A stretch of DNA of 64,000 nt from Rhynchobatus australiae (lineage: Eukaryota). The notes under the pieces were generated by a model, which saw only the letters and a list, made by a program, of their open reading frames with translations, was not told the DNA's origin and did no database searches. The position numbers were made by a program, and so were the translations under genes. Numbering within the stretch: position 1 is the first letter of the stretch; every line of letters begins with the position of its first letter. The DNA is taken from assembly GCA_034780895.1 (NCBI GenBank), contig JAUZTB010000068.1, positions 6,395,243 to 6,459,242 of the forward strand, in the 5' to 3' direction. Shown in pieces: positions 26,075 through 36,101 of the stretch.

Positions 26075-27085
26075 TCATAATTGGCTCAATGGTAGGAAGC
26101 AGAGGGCGATGGCAGAAGATTGTTTCCACAGACTGGAGGCCGTGACTAGGTGTGCCACAGGAATCAGTACTGGGACCTATCTTGTTCATTATTTATATAA
26201 ACAATTTAGATGAGAATGTAAAAGGCATTGTTGGCAAGTTTGCAGAAGATATTAAAACAGGTGGTATTACTGACAGTGGAGACTTATCAAAAATTACAGG
26301 GGGACCTTGAGCAGCTAGGTAGATGGACCAAGGATTGTCAAATGACTTTCAATTCAGTTAAGTGTAAGAAGTTGCATTTTGATGAGTCAAACCAGGTAGA
26401 ACTTGTACGCTGAATGATAGGGCCCTGGGGAGTGTTGTGGTACAGAGGGACCTCAACATAGTTCACTGAAAGTGGCACCACAGGCAGGCAGGGTGGTGAA
26501 GACAGCATTTGGCACACTGGCCTTCAACAGTCAGGGTGCTGGGTATAGGAGTTGGGACGTTATGTTGCAGATGTACCAGATATTGGTGAGACTGCACTGT
26601 AGGAGTTTGTACAATTTTGGTCACTGCTAGATGTCATTATGCAAGATTAAGATTTACGAGGACTCGAGGGCCTGAGTAATAGAGAGGGGCTGGGAATGCT
26701 AGGACTTTAGTCTCTACGTTCCTCAGAGGTGTACAAAATCATAACAGGCACAGACAATGCAAATGCATTCAGGCTTTTCCCCAGGGTTGGGGAATTAAGA
26801 ACTAGAAGGCGTAGGTTTAAAGCAAGGAGGGGAGAGATTTAAATGGGAACTTTAGGGGCAACTTCTTCACGCAGAGGGTGGTGCGTGTATGGAATGAGCT
26901 GCCAGAGAAAGTAGTTGAGACAGGTACAATAACATTTAAAAGACATTTGGATAGAGTACATGGATAGAAAAGGTTTAGAGAAATATGGGCCAAACACAGG
27001 CAAATGGGACTAGTTTAGGTGGGCACCTTTGTTGGCATGGATGAGTTGCACTGAAAGGCTCATTTCCATGCTGTATTACTAACTC
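26075..27085 (+). mobile_element. CR1 LINE ~1 kb 3' fragment (RT core to 3' tail), decayed
   Basis: GVPQESVLGP, KFAEDIK, LQGDLEQLGRWTKDCQMTFNSVKCK motifs with frameshifts, followed by a CR1 tail. Confidence 0.85.
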
Positions 27086-27121
27086 TAAACTAATGCCGCC
27101 AGTCCAAGATCCCCCATAGTT

Positions 27122-27150
27122 AATGAATGAATGAATGAATGAATGAATGA
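27122..27150. repeat. (AATG)n microsatellite
   Basis: About 7 tandem aatg units. Confidence 0.85.
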
Positions 27151-27419
27151 TGAGTATCAGTCAATAGTTGACTGTTTACAGCTGGAAAATGTGTCACCTG
27201 GTCTCACTGCATTCTTTTGAGGTTACAAGGGACTTGGTATGCATCAAAAGAAAATAAACTGCAATTTCAGAGCATTTTGTATGTGCAGCTTTCAACTGGA
27301 GTCCAAGATGTAAGATCACTACAACTTGCGTGTATGTGTGTGTGTATATATAGATAGATAGATAGTTAAAGCCCAAAACATCAAGTTTAAAGAGCAAAAT
27401 TTAACTAAGTGCATTCAGT

Positions 27420-27980
27420 AAAGTTGGGACATTATGTTGTGACCATACAAGATGTTGGTGAGGCCACATTTGGAGTATTATGTTCAGTTTTGGTCAGTGT
27501 TTCAGGAAGCATGTGATTAAACTGGAAAGTGCACAAAAAAGATTTACAAGGATGTTGCCAGGACTCAAGGTGCTTGGTTAAAAGGGAGAGATTAGACAGA
27601 CTGGGCCTTTACTCCTTGGAGTGTAGGAGCCTTAGGGATGATCTCATCGAGGTATTAAAAAAATCATGAGGGCCATAGATAGAGTAAGTGGTCTTTTCCC
27701 CCCCAGGATTAAGGAATTGAAAACTAGACAGACATATGGAATCAGCTGCNNNNNNNNNNNNNNNNNNNNNNNNNNNNNNNNNNNNNNNNNNNNNNNNNNN
27801 NNNNNNNNNNNNNNNNNNNNNNNNNNNNNNNNNNNNNNNNNNNNNNNNNACATTAGATACATTTTAGTATCTGGACAGGAATATGAATGACAAGTTTAGA
27901 GGGATTGGGTCAAGTGCTGGGAAATGGGATTAGTTTGGTTGGCATGGACACGTGGGGCTGAAGGGCCTTTTTTTCCTTGA
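27420..27980 (+). mobile_element. CR1 LINE fragment spanning a gap
   Basis: ttggtgaggccacatttggagtattatgttcagttttggtc, agatttacaaggatgttgccaggactc. Confidence 0.75.
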
Positions 27981-28856
27981 TGAGGAACTAAGATTTAAGC
28001 AGACTAGTTTGAGTAAATTAGTATTTTGCCTGTTTTAAAAGTGAAAATCTTTCTGCTCTGGAACCTGGAAATGGGTTGCACCTCATGTTGTGGTTGTCAC
28101 TGATTAGTTAAGCAAGGTCATGTTTTGAGAAAATCCCCAATGGAGAGATAATGTCAAAAGCTGAGGAAGTACAAGAGTCAGTGTTTCACCTCATGGAGAA
28201 GGCAACAAGGCACATCACACCAGTCACGGAATTTCTGAGCAAGACGTAATCGCCACTGATAAATACAAGATTAGGTTAATTTAAGAACACAGTAATGACT
28301 TGCTGCAGGCATTCCCAGGAGACTACTAACTGCCAGACTAAAGGACGCAACTGTGTATTTTGGGCTCAAGTCGAACATACTACTACAATGTTGGAAACTT
28401 ACCAACAGTTAAAAACAGAATGTGACAAATCGAGGTTACAATGAAACTTTTAAACTATTTAAAAACTCTACAAAGCAGAATCGCTAATGTTGAAATGTTA
28501 CAGCAGTTACTGTGGTGATAAAATACCACTAATCTTCAAGGCACAATCTTGATGTCCATGGTTGCCAAAATTAGTCTTGATGCCTTGGAAGTTGATATAT
28601 TCCACTTAACATCAGAATGAGGGACACTGCTCAGTTTCCTGCATATCATACCCCAAGCGTGTAAATTTCCCACACTTGATTAGTGAGGTGGAAGCTTCCA
28701 AGTAGTTTAAAATACTTCCATACTAGCCAATCGACTGTGACATTGGTCAAAAGGATGATTTGGGAGATTAGAAATAACTGGGGAGGTTGTGCAGAAATTG
28801 TCCCATTCAGCTATACACAAATTCACATTTGTTATATGCAAGGCAATGCATTCCTA

Positions 28857-29172
28857 CAGTAAAACTCAGATTATCCAATTATTTGGAATTCCTGATGGTT
28901 TGGCATGTGGCTCAGATTCCTCTGCTTCCTTTCACTCACAGATGGTGCACTCCCCTTGAAATTCACCTGGTTCCATTTCTCACTCTCCCTTGAGCTTTAC
29001 CAGGGACTTGTTACCCCGCGCTTCTTTATNNNNNNNNAATTAAATTTTCCAATGAGTCCGGTAATATCTAATTAAAAGTGTGCTGGAGTATTAATAGGAA
29101 TAACATCCAACAATCCAGAAATTCTAGTTTGGCACCAAATTCCCAAGAATGCTAGATTTAAGAATTTTACTG
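28857..29172. mobile_element. MITE, second (inverted) copy of the 11860-12209 family
   Basis: TA|CAGTAAAA...TTTTACTG|TA. Internal ggaattcctgatgg and aataacatccaacaatcca match the first copy on the opposite strand. Confidence 0.65.
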
Positions 29173-32100
29173 TAAATGGTTTAAAAACATTCAGGGGTCA
29201 AATGAATATTTTCTAGGTGTTAAATAGAGCACCAGAATTCTGGGGATAAGGTTTTCTATTCATTGCTTAAGTGTGGACATCTCTGGCAATACCAGCAGGT
29301 ATTACCCATCCTTTATCACCCCAAAACTGAGGGAATAGTTAAGGAGTCAGTTACATTGGTAGGTCTCGTTTCATGTGTAGGCCACAGTAGGTAATAATGA
29401 TGGCAAATTCCTTCACTGAAAACATTGGTTCACCAATGGGCACTTACTACTTTGATCAGTTACTGAAACAAGCTTTAGTTCAGGATTTACTGACCTTTCC
29501 CCAGCTTTATGCTGATAATTTTGCAGGAGTTTGAGGGGCGTTCTCAAGGAAACCTGCAAGTTACTTTCAGGGTAGACACAGGGATGAGACTTCCTCTAGA
29601 ACTTGGGAGTCACTGCCTCAAATTAAGAGCCACTCATGACCGGAAAAATGTTGACACCCAGGGGCTTCTGATTTGTTGGAATTCTCTACCCCAAAGAGCA
29701 GTAGAAGTTCAGTCTCTGACTGCATTGACAGATCTATAGGTTTTAAGCATGCTGTGGGAACTAAGGGGCACAACACCAGCACAGGAGGGTGGCACAAAAG
29801 GGACACGAGGTCAGTACAGGAAGGTGACACGAGGTACAGATTAGTTATAATTAGACAACAGGGCAGGTACAGAAGCCAACTGGCCTGGTCCTGCTCTGAT
29901 TATTATGAGTTGCCATGATTGAAGTTACTGAACTCTGCTAACTTCAAATTCACATTATGCATCCTACAATTGTTACTTTGATTTCCTCATAACATTTTCA
30001 GTCAAGGGTAGTGCACAAGTATATCTCCCAAGTATTATACCCATTACCAAAAGGCTAATGGGAAGAGCAGGTGGCTTGTCAGACCTCGTTTGTCCATTTT
30101 CCAAAATGTCACCCCTTTATTGAGCAGGGTACAAATCAGTCTGTACTGGCAGCATCCAACAAACAGAAGTTTTAGTCAAATGTTCCCAAATATTCATCAT
30201 TCTATTTAATAACACTTACACAGTCTATTGGAGACATTGATGCTTTGAGTGGAGATTATTCTCTGTAAAAGCCCATGCACAATGGATTGCAAAGACGGCA
30301 ACTTTGATGTTTGCATTAACAATTCAATTTTTAAAATACTTGCATGGCACAAGTTGGGTTCAAAGGAGATCCTGTGCTTGTATCATGAGAAATTATATCT
30401 CGACCTGGATTTCAAGGCATTGGTTTTTTGACAATCTTCCTTAAATCCAAACTGGAGAGATGGCTTGCATTCATGTTGTAGTTGAACAGCAGATACTATA
30501 GCTATGATCTCAAATCAAATAAGTACATTGGCTGCATGAAATCATGAACATGGAATTGAAACAAACACTAATTGGAATCAAAACCACGAATATACTTGTA
30601 TTCAGTACAAACTTTGCCATGTTATCTCATTTTTAAAAATTGGATGACATGCAATCTTGCCCCCATGAAAGACAACTTTACAAAGTATTAGCATATAAAT
30701 AGCTTGTCACAGGGACACAGATACAGATTCTGATTCTCCTATGCTTAGTTAACCTGAATTACTGGTTGAATACCCAAATTGAAGAACAAATCCAGTCTCA
30801 GAACATTTAAAAACAAAAAAATGCATGGATATTTTTCCACTGATTTATAATGTTAGTATCACAAGATGAACACAGGCGGAAACACTAGTGTGCAAGTATG
30901 AATCAGTGTGTGGAGAACATACTGCACACCAACAGGCATTTAACTAAAGCAATAACTACAGGAAAGTGCTAATGTTTTTGCCAAGTAGATGATTCCTTGC
31001 AATGGAAAGTGCCTAAATTTCAAATATTTTTGTAACGAAAGTTAAAATGGCAAATCACTTCTGGTGCATCATACAAAAATGCTATTAGTGTCACCTTTGT
31101 ACTTCTGCAGCTAAGTTTACTTGTCTGAGACTCACTTGACATACAATTTAGGAGAATGAGATTTTGTAATTAAAAATTCCTTGTATAATGATAGCAAATC
31201 CCATTCATAACTATATGAAAACATTTTGCTGGCATAATTTAGTGACCTGGATGTACAAATTTCAATGGGAAGTTTAATGCTATTCCTTTGAGTTTCTCTA
31301 TTCACCATAACACTGCACATGCCCATTCAATTTGATTTCCTGCTTGGATAGAATTCATGTTATTCTAGATTTACTTAGTTACTCAAGCAGGCCCAAAGTA
31401 GCAAGGTACAAATGAAAAAGCTTCCAAGTAGACATTTCATTTTGAAACAAAACTGCAACGATTGAAGACAACTAGATTTAATATTCAAAAAATAATTGTG
31501 AAAACTTCATGCAAATTTGCACGTATGCGCATTGGTGGTGCTGGGGGTAGGGGAAGGAGAAAGTTGGAAAAGGACAACCACCTCTNNNNNNNNNNNNNNN
31601 NNNNNNNNNNNNNNNNNNNNNNNNNNNNNNNNNNNNNNNNNNNNNNNNNNNNNNNNNNNNNNNNNNNNNNNNNNNNNNNNNNNNNGTTGGAAATGGACAA
31701 CCACCTCTAATTTCAGTTTTAAACACAGTGAATGGAAAATTCCCACACTAAAACTTATTACATGGGGTGATTGGCTACTGAATAGTACCAATTAAACCAT
31801 CCCCCAAAGCAGCACACGAACACTTAAAAACTGAGGTGGCTGTCTGTTTCAAAATTTAAGCGTTTATGAAGCTTGAAAACAGTTATTCAATCAATACCAT
31901 AGCACAGTGGGTTACAGAACACCTAAGCAGCTAATCACCTTGTCCAGTAATGCAGAAAAATAGTCATTAATATCACCGATTATAATTATACTCCAAATAA
32001 TGATTAAGAGACTTGTTTGCATTTAGAACAAAAACTGCTTTGAGCTCAACACTGATATAGGCAGACATTCCAGTTTTAAGTCATTTTATTGCACACATAC

Positions 32101-32822
32101 AAGAGAGCTCCTTTTGGTAGAAGTTACATACAAGTGAATTTCAAATTTATCTATAAATACTACTTATATACAGCTTCAAACAATATCATTTATGCATAGT
32201 CTATCTTAAAGTGAATTTGCAGACATATACTGACTGCAATGTGATTCCCTAAACATTAATGTACTGTATTAGATCTTCAGTGTTCTGTCCCTCCCAATTT
32301 ACATTACATAAAACACTGGGAAACAGGTATAATATACAGTATAATATACTTCACACTCAGTAGTCCATGGACTGCTTTACTATCTGACTATTGCCAACTC
32401 TCCCCTTCACTCCAACTCTTTCCGGAAAAAAAGACAAGATTGATTTCAGCATAAAAATTATCAGATCTTTATTCCCATTGGCCTGTGCCATGCCCCTACC
32501 CCCTCCCCAAATCATTGCTTGTGTGCCTCTATTAACAAAACACCTTCTGCATTAGTTAAAAAGAAGAAAGAAAGCACAGAGGCCAGGTCCAACATTAGTA
32601 CACAGAGAAGGTGCTTTAGCTGGTAGGCAATAGACAAGACTAGACAGATACCTCAAAAGAAATGTTACTTTGTTCCCGACCTTGAAGGGATGATGCATAC
32701 ATCACCCCCCAGGTTCTTCTTCNNNNNNNNNNNNNNNNNNNNNNNNNNNNNNNNNNNNNNNNNNNNNNNNNNNNNNNNNNNNNNNNNNNNNNNNNNNNNN
32801 NNNNNNNNNNNNNNNNNNNNNN

Positions 32823-33099
32823 CTGTCCCCAGATGTCTGTTGAGTGTTGGAAGAAGAAGGGGGGATGTCACACAGTGGTCAAAATGGACTTGTCCCAACT
32901 TTTTTGGGATTTGTTGACACCATGAAATTTTGAAACAACATATTTTTCTCTTAAAATGAAACATTCTCTCAGTTTAAACTTTTGATCTGTGATTTGTTCT
33001 ATTCTGAATAAAATATTAGATGTTGGCACCTCCACATCATTAAATTCAGTTTATATTCACAATTTGTTTAGTGTCCCAACTATTTTGGAATCCGGTTTG
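32823..33099 (-). mobile_element. Tc1-like DNA transposon terminal inverted repeat (IR/DR type), truncated by a gap
   Basis: Minus strand begins CAAACCGGATTCCAAAATAGTTGGGACAC, with an inner direct repeat TCCCAAAAAAGTTGGGACA about 190 bp in. This is the IR/DR architecture of fish Tc1 elements. Confidence 0.75.
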
Positions 33100-33220
33100 T
33101 GTGCGTGTATGTATGTACTCAAGAGTAATTCATACTCTTCCAAAGGTTAGTCCAGTGAACCAGACTGTTCATCAAGGGTTAAACAAACTATTCAGCAGTT
33201 AGTAGATTTGTACTATAACG

Positions 33221-33226
33221 TTTATT
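33221..33226 (-). terminator. Candidate polyadenylation signal AATAAA (distal QKI-5 3'UTR)
   Basis: Minus strand tattttAATAAAcgttatagtac...tagtttgttt, with U-rich upstream and GU-rich downstream context. Confidence 0.5.
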
Positions 33227-34946
33227 AAAATAAATGCCAGGGTTAATAGAAACAGCAAACACCATGAAATAAAATGCAAGCATGTAAAAACATTTTTAAC
33301 AAGAAACTTATTAAATGGATAATGAGTTAACAAGTCAGAAAAGGCAACACTCCCAATGATAGAGCTTATGATTACGATAAATCTGCAATGGTTTCTGGCT
33401 ATCAAAACCACAGTGGCCTCAAATCTGGAAGAAAATAATTGTAAATGGTATACAATATACATACAAAATGAAGATAGAAAAATACATTATAAACTTGTAA
33501 CAATGGTGGTAATTACAATACTATACATGTGTGTAGGCAATATATTAAATATTGTACACAGCATATGTAATTGCTTTGCATTCAACCAACCATTACGTAA
33601 CAGCAGTGTCTTCGAGCTATTTCCTTAATGTAACTGAGGGAATACATAATACTGTCAAAAACTTTCAATGTTTTGTTTACAAAAAATAACACTGACAAAA
33701 TATTGAGTTCATACAACTGATGTAAACTCAGTGAGAGTTGACAGAAGTGAAACATTGAAGGGCAGCAAATAAACATTTCAAATTTGTTCTTATGCACTTT
33801 GTTCTAAAGTCAAGCACTGCAGCATTGTAGTAGTTTACTGATAAGAGCTGGTTTTCTGCCTCTAATCAATCAGGCAAAACTAAGCCAAAATGGCCTTCAT
33901 TTTGTAAGTGACCATTAGAAACATTTGTGGATTTTTACGCAAAAAAGCTTTGATTTTATGGAGGAATAATGGCACAATGAGAAAAATCAAAGTATGAACA
34001 ACTTAGGAAGACACAAATGGTGGCACAAAATATAAGCTGGTTGAGAAACTATTTCACACTTGTTGCATAGAATCAATGAACTGAACAGGCCTAATCTCAT
34101 GTAAATTTGAGTAGCTTCACACAACTGTCCTTGCTGTTCTATCTTTTTGAATATTTTTGCCAATTAAGACCACTTCCCTTCTCTCTAATGATGGACTGAC
34201 ATGCATCAGAATTAAGTCAAACAATATGTTGTTAGACACTTACAAAATGACCAGGCATGTATAAGGCACTATTTTCCTTCCTTTATGCTCTTCTCTTCTC
34301 ACCCACAACCCTGCAAAATCCTAGATATACTGTTTTGGTCTTCAGTTTTTCTTATTACCATAACCATCCAGTATCACTTCCATTACAATTTTTTTTAAAT
34401 CATTTTTGTATTTTGTTACTGCAAGTAAGTATAAAAAGCTAAATTGTCAAAAATATATATTTCTTCACCAGCACCCTGTAAAAGTATCTAGTTTTTTCCT
34501 CTGTGGTTTAAATGCACTGTACTTATCTACACTTTTATAACATATATAGTAAATAGAATAGGCAAGCATGGCTTTCACATCCTTCTGAAAGAAGTGTCCA
34601 TTTACGAAGAGAGTTAGAAACAGATTTTTTGCATCCAGAAACGTGACACATTATGAATGTACCTCCATGTCAAGATATACATGAACAGTAAGAATGCCAC
34701 TGGTTTTCCCCAAGCTGAGCATGAATGCAAGCTAGTACATTAGATAAATGTAGGAAGCTCAGCTCAGTTAAATAAAAACAGTAAACTTGCGGGGCAGGGG
34801 AGAAAAGAGAAGGGAAGAGAACATTGCCAGGCACCTTTCATCTACTGTGCACAACAGTAATTGAAGATGACAGAGCTAAACTTTTGGCCTCTTATATTGG
34901 ATGCTTAATGCAAAAGAATAAAGTTTGTGAAAGTCGATCAAGCAAT

Positions 34947-34952
34947 TTTATT
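34947..34952 (-). terminator. Candidate proximal polyadenylation signal AATAAA
   Basis: Minus strand gaactgttAATAAAattgcttgatcg followed by a U-rich tract. Confidence 0.45.
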
Positions 34953-36084
34953 AACAGTTCAACAATCATACTGCACATTTAGCAAAAAAGCAACTTCTGA
35001 CACAAGATGCTTTAACAATGGGAAAGGCAAAGCTACCTCAATACGTGTATTCTGGCATTTTTGAAACTATGGTTAGACTGTGGTTTGGTCTAACTAGGCT
35101 GTAGATTCCCAGGATCAGATTGAAGAATCAAGTTCAAATCCTGAATAGATCTGAACATCAATACCCTTGGAAGATGGCAAATGGTGAAATGTTTGAGAAG
35201 GTTTATTGATCATTAGGTAGGACACCAAGGTGGCATATTTCATGTGGCAGAAAGTGAAGTCTGTGCTACAAGCGTACTAACTGGCAGATAGCCATTCAAC
35301 TATGGCTGTGGGGAAGGGGTGCCTCTGATTGCACTCTACTGAACTACAAAAACAAAATGGGAGAAACCACCCCATAAGGTCAGTTGTTGACCAAATGCAT
35401 CAGGTAATTCTGATGTTTTCACTATGCTTTGCTCAACAGCTTCAATATCTTGTAATGTTTGTTTTGTGGCTTGCAATACTGAATACCATTTTCATTCTAA
35501 TGTGGCTCCAAGAACAGCCAGAAATGGGCTTGAGTGTTTGGCAACAGAAATCAATGGAACTGTACATGAAATATTAAATCTTTGTTCATAATTGCAGTGT
35601 ACATTGTCAGTGTTGAACTCTTCCCCAATATACTTGACCCAAGGTTCATTCATAATGCATCATCACAAATGCGGTCAAAGAGTTTGTAACTACAACATAA
35701 ATTACATCAGATCTCCATCACATTTGTCCGGTGGCAACTGTCTGTACAGTGCTCAGTCCTTTGCCAGTGCTGTTAGAGACCTTCCTTACCATTCTTTAGG
35801 GAGAATCTTTAAGAGATGATCACTGAGAAACAGTAGTGAGGGATGAACTGGACTTATTGCTTTAGTATTATTCAGTGCAGGATCTGGCACCACATTCACC
35901 CAACCAGAAAAGCTGTGGCTGGAACTTTTTATATAAACGCTGTTAGGTAACGAGACGAACAGACAGTGCCTCAGCTCGCTGCATTGAAGACAGGCAAGCA
36001 TAGGCGATAACCAGTTAACTGATCAGCAGACAGGCATGGTCAGGTCATCATTGGGTGAAGAGTTCAGAGGTCAAAGGTCATGGG

Positions 36085-36101
36085 TTAGTTGCTTGTGGCA
36101 G
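36085..36101 (-). CDS. qkia: Quaking (QKI-5-type) exon 8 coding part, (A)ATSN*
   Basis: Acceptor cctaactacccag|CT GCC ACA AGC AAC TAA. Phase 1 joins exon 7 to give ...TADRAATSN* (QKI-5 ends TADRAATGN). Confidence 0.92.

Larger units (their letters stand above)
33200..36084 (-). other. qkia: 3'UTR of the QKI-5-type isoform (distal end uncertain; may extend to ~32070)
   Basis: Follows the TAA at 36085-36087. AT-rich with no recognisable repeats. Minus-strand AATAAA at 34947-34952, 33221-33226 and 32085-32090. Confidence 0.65.

Noticed and set aside
31562-31708. Direct repeat gttggaaa(a/t)ggacaaccacctct on both sides of a 100-N gap (similar case at 18320-18507)
   Set aside because: Typical unmerged contig or haplotype overlap in scaffolding, not a biological repeat or CRISPR-like array.
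35033-35040. let-7 8mer CTACCTCA
   Set aside because: It lies on the plus strand, antisense to the qki transcript, and there is no let-7 precursor sequence or hairpin around it.
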